Made by a program: the position numbers and the translations under genes | Notes under the pieces: generated by a model | Databases searched by the model: none | What the model saw: the letters and a program-made list of their open reading frames with translations, nothing else | Told to the model about the DNA's origin: nothing | Assembly: GCA_963724295.1 (NCBI GenBank) | Contig: CAVRUC010000010.1 | Location: 64,001 to 128,000, forward strand | Source of the DNA: an uncultured Chloroflexia bacterium | GTDB taxonomy: Bacteria; Chloroflexota; Chloroflexia; Thermomicrobiales; UBA6265 | Reading direction: 5' to 3' | DNA length: 64,000 bases | Shown here: positions 1 through 9,034 of the stretch, in pieces | Position numbering within the stretch: position 1 is the first letter of the stretch | Layout of the letters: the number at the start of each line of letters is the position of its first letter

Positions 1-398
1 GATCCGCTCGCCGGCGCCGGGATACCACTCTTCAGCCGCAAATAGGCCGTGTGCTCGGTTGAGTTGCCGATCCCGCCCCACCAGAGGATGGTGCGTTGCT
101 CGATGAGGTAGTTGAGCCAGGTGTTGCCGATCTGCTGTGGGGTCAGGTTGGGATCGTTTCCATGGTCCGGGAGCGATCGGAGAAAGGTGAAGGTGCCGGA
201 GATGTCGTCATCGGTGACGACCAGGGGCATGCCCCGCGACTCGTGGAGGTAGCGGTCCACCTCGCCATGGACGGCGCTGATGCGGTCGTAGGTCCAGCCC
301 TCGACCGGTCTCCCCAGGTAGACCCCGATCAGCTTGCCGAGCACGCCGGCGTAGACCCGCTCCGCGTAATCTGCAGACACATTCACGACCGTCATCAT
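1..398 (-). CDS. ADP-ribosylglycohydrolase family protein (N-terminal part, runs off the window)
   Basis: Not in the ORF track; translated by hand. MMTVVNVSADYAERVYAGVLGKLIGVYLGRPVEGW...VVTDDDISGTFTF...LWWGGIGNSTEHTAYLRL. The G-x-PVEG and TDDD motifs are typical of the family. GGAG RBS before the ATG. Confidence 0.8.
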   Translation of the reverse strand, partial: MMTVVNVSADYAERVYAGVLGKLIGVYLGRPVEGWTYDRISAVHGEVDRYLHESRGMPLVVTDDDISGTFTFLRSLPDHGNDPNLTPQQIGNTWLNYLIEQRTILWWGGIGNSTEHTAYLRLKSGIPAPASG

Positions 399-441
399 GG
401 CGCTCCAGTTTGCCAGGCACGGCTCGAGGCAATGACCCCAA

Positions 442-470
442 TTGACAGCTCGATGATAGGCCGATACGCT
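442..470 (+). promoter_or_regulatory. sigma70-type promoter of the GntR/B6-catabolic operon
   Basis: TTGACA (442-447), 17 nt spacer, TACGCT (465-470). Confidence 0.75.
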
Positions 471-473
471 TCT

Positions 474-488
474 GGTATACGGTATACC
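474..488. promoter_or_regulatory. Putative GntR/FadR operator
   Basis: Inverted repeat GGTATAC-G-GTATACC directly after the -10 box, over the expected transcription start. GTATAC-cored palindromes are typical of FadR-subfamily sites. Confidence 0.6.
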
Positions 489-568
489 TATTGACGCCAC
501 CGGTCGGTCCCGGTCCACGTCTTGACCGGGCTCGGACATAGCGAGGCACTTGTCCGCTGGGAGATCCC

Positions 569-1288
569 GTGCAGCCAGCGCCGCGCGATACTCAACACAG
601 ATTACCGCCCGACCTGCAAGTCCTGAACCACGCCACCCTGGCTGAACAGGTCTACCAGCATCTGCGCCAGCAGATCCTGGGCAACGCCTTTCCCCCTAAC
701 GCCGCGCTTCCCGAGAAAACCCTGGCCAGCCAGCTCAATGTCAGCCGGGTTCCCGTGCGCGAGGCGCTGCACAAGCTTGCCGCCGACGGGCTCGTCACCC
801 TCAAACCTCGCCAGGGCGCCTTCGTCAGCTCGCTTTCGCCACGGCAGTTTCTCGATGCCTACCGCGTGCGCGAGGCCCTCGAAGACCTGGCCATCAGGCT
901 CGCTCTGCCCAATTTGACCCACGACGATCTCGCCGAGCTCGGCCGTCTCCAGGCCGAGATGCGGCAGTACGCCGCGGCGAACGACGCCGACGCCTTCTTC
1001 GCCGCCAACCACGCGTTCCACGCGCTCTTCGTGGAGCGCTCCGAAAACGACTATCTCAAGGGCATCTACTTCCCGCTGATGGACCAGATGCGCCGTCACC
1101 TCTCCTCCTCCCTCGGGCTGCGCGGCGGGCTCGAGCGTTCGATCGAGGAGCACCAGGCCATCCTGGGCGCGGTCCACTCGGGCGACGCCGATGAGGCCGC
1201 GCGCCGTTTGCGCGAGCACATCCACGTGCCCCAGCGCGCGCTCGAGGAGAGCGAGCCCGCGAACGCACAGAGAGGACCACAACGCTAA
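569..1288 (+). CDS. GntR family transcriptional regulator with FCD domain
   Basis: N-terminal wHTH (LPEKTLASQLNVSRVPVREAL). C-terminal FCD domain (NHAFH, EEHQAIL, LREHI). Confidence 0.93.
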   Translation: MQPAPRDTQHRLPPDLQVLNHATLAEQVYQHLRQQILGNAFPPNAALPEKTLASQLNVSRVPVREALHKLAADGLVTLKPRQGAFVSSLSPRQFLDAYRVREALEDLAIRLALPNLTHDDLAELGRLQAEMRQYAAANDADAFFAANHAFHALFVERSENDYLKGIYFPLMDQMRRHLSSSLGLRGGLERSIEEHQAILGAVHSGDADEAARRLREHIHVPQRALEESEPANAQRGPQR

Positions 1289-2349
1289 TGACCGACCGTC
1301 CGCCGCGCTTCGGCGTCAATCTCAACAATCGCGAGCCGTTCATCGCGCCGGACTACACCCTGGCCGATCTGCTCTCGCTGGCCGAACGCGCCGAGTCGCT
1401 GGGATTCGATTCGGTCTGGGTGGGTGACAGCCTCTTCTCTAAACCGCGCTGGGAGCCAATTACCCTGCTCTCGGCCATCTCGCAGCGCACCAGCCGCGTC
1501 AAGCTGGGCACCGCCTGCATGGTCTCCGGCACCCGCCACCCGCTCTACCTCGCCCTCGAATGGGCGACGCTCGACCAACTCTCCAACGGCCGCACCATCC
1601 TGGGCACGGGAATGGGCAATCCTGAAGAGGGGGTACGCCGCGAGTACGCGGCCGTCGGTCTCGATTTCGATCAACGGGCCAGGATCTTCGAGGAGGGTTT
1701 GGCCGTCCTGCGCGAGCTATGGACGACGGGCGAGACCAGCTTCCAGGGCGAGCACTATGCCTTCGACCACGTCTCGTTCTTCTCCGGAACCGAGATGGGT
1801 CCGCTCGCTCCGGTGCAGACACCGCCGCCGATCTGGGTGGTCAGCAATCCCCGGTTGACCGTCGGTACCAGGCAGGAGGAGAAGACAGAGCGCGTTGTCA
1901 GTCGCGCCGCGCGCCGCATCGCCCGCTACGGCGATGGCTGGATGACCTGCTGCCGCGCCCGCCATCCCGACGAGTTCCAGGCTCAGCTGGCGCAGATCGA
2001 GCAGGCAATCGAGGAGGCTGGTCGCTCCCGTGACGAGTTCGTGATGTCCTATCAGGTCACCATGAACATCGCCGACAGCCGGGAGGAGGCGCAGGCCGGC
2101 ATCGACGCCTACATCAGCCAGTACTACCCCGAGCTGAGCAAGGCCATGGATATCGGCGAATGGGGTCCGGTGGGTACTCCGGACGACATCGGGGACTGGT
2201 TGCGCACGTTCGCCGACGCCGGTGTCGACTACTTCATCTGCCGTTTCGGCTCGCTCGACCAGTTCGGACAGGTGGAGCGGCTGGCACGCGACGTCCTGCC
2301 TGCCTTCGCGACGACGGGTGTAACGGCGCCGGCACGGGTTTCGATCTGA
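1288..2349 (+). CDS. LLM-class (luciferase-like) flavin- or F420-dependent oxidoreductase
   Basis: AERAESLGFDSVWVGDS, TSRVKLGT, ATLDQLSNGR, PVQTPPPIWV, IARYGDGW. Confidence 0.9.
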   Translation: MTDRPPRFGVNLNNREPFIAPDYTLADLLSLAERAESLGFDSVWVGDSLFSKPRWEPITLLSAISQRTSRVKLGTACMVSGTRHPLYLALEWATLDQLSNGRTILGTGMGNPEEGVRREYAAVGLDFDQRARIFEEGLAVLRELWTTGETSFQGEHYAFDHVSFFSGTEMGPLAPVQTPPPIWVVSNPRLTVGTRQEEKTERVVSRAARRIARYGDGWMTCCRARHPDEFQAQLAQIEQAIEEAGRSRDEFVMSYQVTMNIADSREEAQAGIDAYISQYYPELSKAMDIGEWGPVGTPDDIGDWLRTFADAGVDYFICRFGSLDQFGQVERLARDVLPAFATTGVTAPARVSI

Positions 2350-2386
2350 CGGTAAGCGAGTCGCGTTGAGTCGAGGAGGATAGCGC

Positions 2387-3406
2387 ATGAGCGAGTCAAA
2401 CGGGAACCTGTCTCCAGGGCTGCGCCGCGACGCGGAGCTGGTCGCCGCAGTTTGCATGTCGGTCGAGCCGGACGATGTGGTGACGATCATCACCGATGAC
2501 GATCATCTGGACGAGGCCAACGCGCTGGCGCAAGTCGTCGTCGAGCGTGGCGGCTACCCAGTGATCGCCAACAACGAGCATCAGGTGCAGCGAGCCATCG
2601 CCGACATGAAGTTCCCGATGGCGCCTCCGCGCAACCTGCACCAGGCGATGACGACGTCCGACGAGATCATCATCATCACCAACCTGGAGTGGGCCAATCG
2701 CTTCGCGCACGTCTCCGCGGTGCGTGAGTCGTGCGACAACAACGCCAAGATCGCCTCGGTCGAGGAGGGCATCGGTTCCTGGGACCTCACGGAGGCCGAC
2801 ATTCGGGACGCCACCGACCGCGCCAGGGCCGCGATAGCCGCCCTCGACGGCGCCACGTGGTGCCGGGTCACCTCCCCCGCCGGCACCGACGTCCGCGTCT
2901 CGATCGAGGGGCGACCGGCGCTGGAGGTGACGCCGATCAAGAAGCGCGGCCAGATGATGGGGCCGGTGCCGCTCTGGGCGGAAGTCGCCTTCGCCGCGGT
3001 CGAGGACCGCACAGAAGGGACGATCGTCGTCGACGGAATCATGCTCGGCATCGGCTTGCCCGGTCAGACGCCCAACCCAATCACCTGGAACGTCGAAAAG
3101 GGCCGCGTCACGCGGATCACCGGCGGTGAAGAAGCCGAAAAGCTGAAGAAGGTCATCGCAGGCGTCCTCGGCTCCGACGTGATCGGCGAGTTTGCGTTTG
3201 GCACGAGCGAGAAGTCGCCAACCGGATCGCCGTCCGAGAAGGGTCTGCTCGGCACCGTCCACTTCGCCCTCGGCGACAACCACAACGCCTACCCCGGCGG
3301 GCAGAACGTGAGCACGCTCCATCTCGACGGCAACTGCCTGAACGCCTCGCTCCTGATCGAGGATTCCGGCCGGTACATCATCAAGGACGGCAAGTGGGCG
3401 CTGTAG
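2387..3406 (+). CDS. Peptidase M29 / NicX-fold metalloenzyme
   Basis: SPAGTD, EGTIVVDG, IGEFAFGT, EKGLLGTVHFALGDN, GGQNVSTLHLD motifs of the thermophilic metalloprotease (M29) fold. Confidence 0.8.
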   Translation: MSESNGNLSPGLRRDAELVAAVCMSVEPDDVVTIITDDDHLDEANALAQVVVERGGYPVIANNEHQVQRAIADMKFPMAPPRNLHQAMTTSDEIIIITNLEWANRFAHVSAVRESCDNNAKIASVEEGIGSWDLTEADIRDATDRARAAIAALDGATWCRVTSPAGTDVRVSIEGRPALEVTPIKKRGQMMGPVPLWAEVAFAAVEDRTEGTIVVDGIMLGIGLPGQTPNPITWNVEKGRVTRITGGEEAEKLKKVIAGVLGSDVIGEFAFGTSEKSPTGSPSEKGLLGTVHFALGDNHNAYPGGQNVSTLHLDGNCLNASLLIEDSGRYIIKDGKWAL

Positions 3407-3771
3407 ACACCCCGGCGATCACCGTCGTCACGCGGGATGAGGTCGATCCCATTCCACTGCCGAATGGAAGCTGGAGCCGGATGGTCCTCACCGGCGATAC
3501 GGCGCCCGGAATCGCCAGCTCGCTTGGCTACTCGGTATTCACGCCAGGTACCGCCACCGGGATGGTGTCGCACGAGGTGGAAGAGGTGGCGTTCGTGCTC
3601 GCGGGTCAAGGGGAGATCCGCACTGATGCCGGTCCGGCGCCATTCCGCGCCGGTCAAGCACTGCACATTCCGCCGGGACTCTGGCACGCCGTCGCCAATA
3701 CCGGCGATGAGGACGTGGTGATGGTCTTCGGGTTTCCCTACCCCGGCTACCCGCCGACCGAGCGGCGATGA
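3394..3771 (+). CDS. Cupin domain protein
   Basis: SHEVEEVAFVLAGQG and GQALHIPPGLWHAVANTG cupin motifs. Translationally coupled to both neighbours. Confidence 0.85.
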   Translation: MGAVDTPAITVVTRDEVDPIPLPNGSWSRMVLTGDTAPGIASSLGYSVFTPGTATGMVSHEVEEVAFVLAGQGEIRTDAGPAPFRAGQALHIPPGLWHAVANTGDEDVVMVFGFPYPGYPPTERR

Positions 3772-4550
3772 GCCCCGGTACGCGGTCTCTTGCGATGGCG
3801 CCAGATCGGACCGAAGAGGCGGTCGACACCAATCTGCGCGAACAGGTCGCATGGTCCTGCCGCATCCTGGCGATGGGTGGCCATGGAGACTACACCCTTG
3901 GCCACGTCAGTGCGCGGGCGACTGGTGGCCAGCACATCCTGATGAAGCCGAACGGTTTGGGATTGGAAGAGGTCAGGCCGGGCGACCTCCTGGCGCTCGA
4001 TCTGGAGGGCGCGAAGCTGTCGGGAGCGGGACCGATCCACCTCGAGTATGTCCTGCACACCGAGATCTACAAGGCGCGTCCTGATGTGGGCGCGGTGGTC
4101 CACACGCACCCGCCTTACGCCACGGCGTTCGGCGCGACCGATGCAACACTCGAGCTGCTCAACCATGACGCCGTCCTCTTCCGAGAGGGACTCGCCTATT
4201 TCGACGACACCGCCGAGCTGATTGTTCGCCCGGAGCAGGGCGCCGCCGTCGCCGCCGCGCTCGGTGATAAGCGCGTGCTGGTCATGCGTGGTCACGGTCT
4301 CATCGTCACCGGTGAGACCGTTCCCTGGGCCACCTACGCCGCGCTCACTCTGGAGCGGGTGCTGCAGATTCAGTCGATCGCGAGCTCGCTCGGCAATCTC
4401 CTGCCGATGTCCCCGGAGATGGCCGACCGCGTCTACCCGGAGAAGTACCGCGACGATCATCTCGCCAAATACTGGGACTACCTCGTGCGTCAGGTGCGGC
4501 GCGCCGGGCTCGCGGCCGGGATGCCGGGGTCGGGTGATGACCGTGCTTGA
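3768..4550 (+). CDS. Class II aldolase/adducin family protein; probable 3-hydroxy-2-methylpyridine-4,5-dicarboxylate decarboxylase
   Basis: GHVSAR, EYVLHTEIYKARPDVGAVVHTH, MRGHG metal motifs. The C-terminal WDYLVRQVRRAGLA resembles the M. loti HMPDC decarboxylase as recalled. B6 gene context. Confidence 0.75.
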   Translation: MSPGTRSLAMAPDRTEEAVDTNLREQVAWSCRILAMGGHGDYTLGHVSARATGGQHILMKPNGLGLEEVRPGDLLALDLEGAKLSGAGPIHLEYVLHTEIYKARPDVGAVVHTHPPYATAFGATDATLELLNHDAVLFREGLAYFDDTAELIVRPEQGAAVAAALGDKRVLVMRGHGLIVTGETVPWATYAALTLERVLQIQSIASSLGNLLPMSPEMADRVYPEKYRDDHLAKYWDYLVRQVRRAGLAAGMPGSGDDRA

Positions 4551-5430
4551 CCGGTTCAGCATCCACCAGCCGCAGAGTGTCGAGGAGGCATCAGCGCTGC
4601 TGGCTCGCTTCGGCCCGGACGCGGCGATCTATGCCGGAGGGACCGAGCTGCTGATCGTGATGAAGGAGCGACTCGCCCACTTTCCGCATCTGATCGACAT
4701 CAAGCGGATTCCCGGGTTGAAAGAGATCGACTTCGACGCGGAACGGCGGGAGTTGTCGATCGGCACCGTAGCCACGCATCGCGACCTCGAGCGTTCCGCC
4801 GTGGTGCGAGAGCGATGTCCGGCGCTGGCCATGATGGCAGCGGCCGTCGCCAATATTCGGGTGCGTAATGCCGGCACGATCGGCGGCAACCTCTGCTTCG
4901 CCGAGCCACACAGCGACCCGGCGACCCTGCTCACCGCGCTCGACGCCCGGCTGACCCTGACCTCCACCACGGGTACTCGCCAGCTGCCGATGGCCTCGTT
5001 CATCACCGGTCTGATGGAGACCGCCCGCCACCACGACGAGGTTCTTGTCAGCATCGCCGTGCCAGAGCCACCGGCCAACGCCGGCGTCGCCTACGAACGC
5101 TTCAAGCTCCATGAGCGGCCGACCGCGGCGGTCGCCGCCGTGATCGCGGTCGACGGCGGCTCGATCACCGACGCCCGTATCGTGGCTGGCAGCGTCGGCG
5201 AGCGTCCCCAACGACTCTCCGAAACCGAGACCATCTTGCGTGGGCAGCCTGCCGAGGGATCGACGGCAACCATCGCGGCCGACGTCATTCGGGATGAAGT
5301 CGAAACCAGCGGCGACGTGTTCGAGTCGGAGGCGTATACCCGCCAGCTCGCGCGCACCGTTGGCCGCCGGGCCGTGGCCGCCGCCATCCAGCGCGCGACC
5401 GGCGAGGAGGGTGGCCGCCGTGCCGCCTGA
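4537..5430 (+). CDS. Xanthine dehydrogenase-family FAD-binding subunit (CoxM-like)
   Basis: AGGTELL, IDIKRIPGL, VRNAGTIGGNL, EPHSD. Start moved to ATG 4537, which overlaps the upstream stop. Confidence 0.9.
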   Translation: MTVLDRFSIHQPQSVEEASALLARFGPDAAIYAGGTELLIVMKERLAHFPHLIDIKRIPGLKEIDFDAERRELSIGTVATHRDLERSAVVRERCPALAMMAAAVANIRVRNAGTIGGNLCFAEPHSDPATLLTALDARLTLTSTTGTRQLPMASFITGLMETARHHDEVLVSIAVPEPPANAGVAYERFKLHERPTAAVAAVIAVDGGSITDARIVAGSVGERPQRLSETETILRGQPAEGSTATIAADVIRDEVETSGDVFESEAYTRQLARTVGRRAVAAAIQRATGEEGGRRAA

Positions 5431-5935
5431 GATAGCTGAGCCAGCGACGATGCACCTGCAGACGACTGTGAACGGTCGGCCAGTTGCGATCGAGATCGAA
5501 CCGCGGGCGATCCTGCTCGACGTCCTGCGCGACGAACTCGGGCTGACCGGCGCCAAGCGCTCGTGCGACACGCAGGTTTGTGGCGCCTGCACCGTCCTCC
5601 TCGACGGCGCTCCAGTGAGCGCGTGCTGCACGCTCGCCTACGAGACCGACGGGCGGGAAGTGGAAACGATCGAAGGTCTGGCGGGTCCGAATGGACTCCA
5701 CCCAATCCAGCAGGCGTTCGTCGATCGTGTAGCGATCCAGTGTGGATTCTGTACACCTGGGTTCGTTCTCACCACCAAAGCGCTGCTGGCCGAGAACCCA
5801 CGACCGACACGCTTGGAGATCGAGGATTTCCTGGGCGGGAATCTCTGCCGCTGCACGGGCTACTGGAATATCCTCGACGCCGTCGCGGACGCCGCCGGGC
5901 GACTCGCCGCCGATGGCCGGAGCGAGGTGTCATGA
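5420..5935 (+). CDS. Xanthine dehydrogenase-family 2Fe-2S subunit (CoxS-like)
   Basis: GAKRSCDTQVCGACTVLLDG, QCGFCTPG, NLCRCTGY. GTG start after GAGGAGG. Confidence 0.92.
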   Translation: MPPEIAEPATMHLQTTVNGRPVAIEIEPRAILLDVLRDELGLTGAKRSCDTQVCGACTVLLDGAPVSACCTLAYETDGREVETIEGLAGPNGLHPIQQAFVDRVAIQCGFCTPGFVLTTKALLAENPRPTRLEIEDFLGGNLCRCTGYWNILDAVADAAGRLAADGRSEVS

Positions 5936-8259
5936 GCGCCATCGCGGCAGCACCACCGCAACTCACCGCCATCGGACATGACGCGCCTCGCATCGACGCC
6001 GTCGCCAAGGTGACCGGCGAGGCCCAATTCGCGGGTGATCTCCGCCTGCACGGGATGGCCTACGGCCGGCTGCTACGCAGCCCGTACGCCCATGCCCGCA
6101 TTACCGGCATCGACACGAGCCGTGCCGAAGCGCTCCCCGGCGTGATCGCGGTGATGACCGGTCGCGACCTGCCGGCGGTCGACCCTTACTACGGTCACGC
6201 GCTGAAGGATCGACCAATCCTCGCCATCGACCGCGTCCGCTTCGTGGGCGAGCCGGTGGTGGCTGTTGCCGCGGAGAGCCCCGCGATCGCCGACGAGGCC
6301 ATCACCCTCATCGACGTCGCGTACGAAGAGCTTCCGATCGTGGTCACGACCGATGCGGCCCTCATGCCGGATGCCCCGCATCTCCACGACGTCGTCAACC
6401 TGCGCCCGGGTCTCTTCCACGGCCTGGGCGACATTCACCTCGAACCAGGCAACGTCTGTTACCACCACGCGTTCGCGCGTGGAGACATCGCCCAGGCGTT
6501 CGCCGCGGCAGATATCGTCATCGCGGGCGAGTACGACTTTCCAGCGGTCTACCAGTACTCGCTGGAACCGCACACGACGATTGCCCATTGGACAGGGGAC
6601 GACGATCTCACCGTCTGGTCGTCATGCCAGCACCCATTTCTGGTTCGCGCGGAGCTGGCCGATCTCTACGCCCTGCCCGTCGCCGCGGTCCGGGTGGTGG
6701 TGCCCTATCTGGGTGGCGGTTTCGGCAGCAAGTCGTACACCAAGATGGAACCGATCACCTCGGCGCTGGCGCGCAAGACCGGTCGCCCGGTGCGCATCGC
6801 CAACAGCGTCGACGAGTCGATGGTCACCACCCGGCGGCACGGCATGAAAGCCTGGCTGCGGACCGCCGCCACGAGCGATGGTCGGCTCCTTGCCCGCGAA
6901 GTCCGCGCCTGGTTCGACACCGGCGCCTATGCCGACAACGGACCCCGTGTCGTCGCCACCGGCGCCGATGCCGCTCCCGGGCCATATCGCTGGGACGCGG
7001 TGCAGGTTGACGCCTGGGGTGTCTACACCAACACCTCCCCCGCCGGTTCGTACCGAGCCTTCGGAGCCAGTCATCTGCAATGGTGCGGCGAATTGCAAGT
7101 CGACGAGATAGCTCGCCGCTGCGGGTTGGACGCCTTGCGGATCAGGGAGCGAAACCTCCTACACCGCGGCGAATCCGTGCGCCCCGGCGGCAAACCGCTC
7201 GACGCCGATCTCATCGGGGACATCCGCAAAGTCGCGGCCGGTCTCGATTGGGAGACCCCGAAGCCAGCGGGGATCGTCGGGCGCGGCATGAGCGTCGGTC
7301 TTCTGGCCGCGGGCGCGCACCCGGTCTCGACCGCGATCGTGCGCATGGAGGCGGACGGTGGGGTCACCCTGCTCGTCAGCTCGACCGAGGTTGGCCAGGG
7401 GGCCCGAACCGTGTTCGCGCAGATCGTTGCCGAGGAGCTCGCCCTCCCCCTGGAGAAGGTGCGAGTGCCCGGTGGAGACACCCGCGTCACTCCCTACGAT
7501 CGCTCGACCGGCGCCAGCCGCTCGACGACGATCGCCGGTCTCGGCGTGTTGCGCGCCGCCGCCGACGTCCGATCACAGCTTCTGGCTATCGGATCGCGGG
7601 TCTTCGATCTTCCGGAAGAGGCCTTGACCGTGCGCGCGGGCGCGGTCTGGCATGAGGGCGAGTCGGTCCCCTACCCCGACCTGATCAAAGCCCACTTCGG
7701 GATGGTCGGGGGCGAGCTCATCGGGCACGGCGAAGTCCGCCCTGAACGCGGCAGCGGCTCCTACGCCGAGGGCCCGGTCTTCTGGGAGGTCTGCATCGGC
7801 GGCGCCGAGGTCGCGGTCGATGCCGAGACCGGTCGCGTCACGGTCAACAAGGCGGTCAGTGTCGCCGACGTCGGTAAAGCGCTCAACCCGCGGCTGGTCG
7901 AGGCGCAGGAGATGGGTGGCGCGATGCAGGGGATCGGCAACGCGCTACACGAGGAGATGCTCTTCGATCGAACCGGCACGCTCCTCAATGCGACGCTTTT
8001 CGAGTATCACGTCCCGACGATTGCCGATATGCCGGATACTTTCGTCTCGAACATCGTCGAGAACGCCGACGGACCAGGACCTTACGGCGCCAAAGGCGTT
8101 GGCGAAGGTGCGCTGGCCGGTGTCGCCGCCGCCATCGCCACGGCGCTGGCCGACGCCGGGGTACGGATCGACACGCTGCCCGCCACGCCCGAGCGCGTGT
8201 GGCGCGCGCTGGCGGCACGCGAGGCGAGGATGCTGAACGAAGGAGATACGAAGCGATGA
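5932..8259 (+). CDS. Xanthine dehydrogenase-family molybdopterin-binding subunit
   Basis: KVTGEAQF, LRSPYAHARI, LGGGFGSK, GSYRAFG, EVGQG, AKGVGEG (catalytic Glu). ATG overlaps the upstream TGA. Confidence 0.93.
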   Translation: MSAIAAAPPQLTAIGHDAPRIDAVAKVTGEAQFAGDLRLHGMAYGRLLRSPYAHARITGIDTSRAEALPGVIAVMTGRDLPAVDPYYGHALKDRPILAIDRVRFVGEPVVAVAAESPAIADEAITLIDVAYEELPIVVTTDAALMPDAPHLHDVVNLRPGLFHGLGDIHLEPGNVCYHHAFARGDIAQAFAAADIVIAGEYDFPAVYQYSLEPHTTIAHWTGDDDLTVWSSCQHPFLVRAELADLYALPVAAVRVVVPYLGGGFGSKSYTKMEPITSALARKTGRPVRIANSVDESMVTTRRHGMKAWLRTAATSDGRLLAREVRAWFDTGAYADNGPRVVATGADAAPGPYRWDAVQVDAWGVYTNTSPAGSYRAFGASHLQWCGELQVDEIARRCGLDALRIRERNLLHRGESVRPGGKPLDADLIGDIRKVAAGLDWETPKPAGIVGRGMSVGLLAAGAHPVSTAIVRMEADGGVTLLVSSTEVGQGARTVFAQIVAEELALPLEKVRVPGGDTRVTPYDRSTGASRSTTIAGLGVLRAAADVRSQLLAIGSRVFDLPEEALTVRAGAVWHEGESVPYPDLIKAHFGMVGGELIGHGEVRPERGSGSYAEGPVFWEVCIGGAEVAVDAETGRVTVNKAVSVADVGKALNPRLVEAQEMGGAMQGIGNALHEEMLFDRTGTLLNATLFEYHVPTIADMPDTFVSNIVENADGPGPYGAKGVGEGALAGVAAAIATALADAGVRIDTLPATPERVWRALAAREARMLNEGDTKR

Positions 8260-9014
8260 AGGTCTATCTGCTCGACAACGGCACGCTGATGCTCGACCAG
8301 TCCTTCGCCACCTGGAATCACGGACAGGGGGTCGAGTTTCGCTTCCCGGTCTATGCGTTCTTTGTCGATCATCCTGACGGGAAGGTCATGATCGACACCG
8401 GCTTTGACAAAGCGTGGGTGGAACGGAAGCTCCCGTTCGAAAAACCGCAACAGAGCGAGGAGCAGACGATCGAAGCGCAGCTGGCGATGATCGGGGTGAA
8501 GCCGGAAGAGATCGACATCGTCATCAACTCCCATCTCCATTTCGACCACTGCTCGAACAACAAGCTCTTCCCCCAGGCAACGTTCTACTTTTCGAAATCC
8601 GAGCTGCGGCACTCGTATGTGCCTGATCCCTGGGAGCGACTCGGATACGATCCCGAGCTGGTCGTCATGCCGGGGATGAAGACCGAGCTGCTCGACCTCG
8701 GCCACTACGAATACGAAGTCCTGCCGGGGATCACCTTGATCGAGACTCCGGGGCACTCCGCGGGGCATCTCTCGGTGATCCTGCAACCGGGCAATGATGC
8801 GCAGCCGATGGTGTTTCCGATTGACGTGGCCTACACCAGGCACAATCTCGAGGACAAAGTCCTGATGGGTCTCCACAGCGATCCGCTGGAGCTCCTCGAT
8901 TCCATGAATCGCATCGAAAACATCGCTAAGAAGGTCGGCGGCAAGATCTTCTACTCGCACGATCCCGAGGAGTATGCGAACTACACGCTCTGCCCGGCGT
9001 ACTACGGCGGCTAA
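8256..9014 (+). CDS. 4-pyridoxolactonase-like metallo-beta-lactamase-fold lactonase
   Basis: HLHFDH Zn motif. KVYLLD-G, RFPVY, LPFEKPQQ, TPGHS-GH, IDVAYT, YSHD match M. loti 4-pyridoxolactonase as recalled. AGGAG RBS. Confidence 0.85.
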   Translation: MKVYLLDNGTLMLDQSFATWNHGQGVEFRFPVYAFFVDHPDGKVMIDTGFDKAWVERKLPFEKPQQSEEQTIEAQLAMIGVKPEEIDIVINSHLHFDHCSNNKLFPQATFYFSKSELRHSYVPDPWERLGYDPELVVMPGMKTELLDLGHYEYEVLPGITLIETPGHSAGHLSVILQPGNDAQPMVFPIDVAYTRHNLEDKVLMGLHSDPLELLDSMNRIENIAKKVGGKIFYSHDPEEYANYTLCPAYYGG

Positions 9015-9034
9015 CCGAGCGACGGATCGAGACG

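Noticed and set aside
4537..8259. Aerobic CO dehydrogenase (coxMSL)
   Set aside because: The gene order matches, but the large subunit has GSYRAFG instead of the AYxCSFR signature, and no cox accessory genes are present.
8256..9014. Quorum-quenching AHL lactonase
   Set aside because: Same fold, but the specific motifs and gene context fit 4-pyridoxolactonase better.
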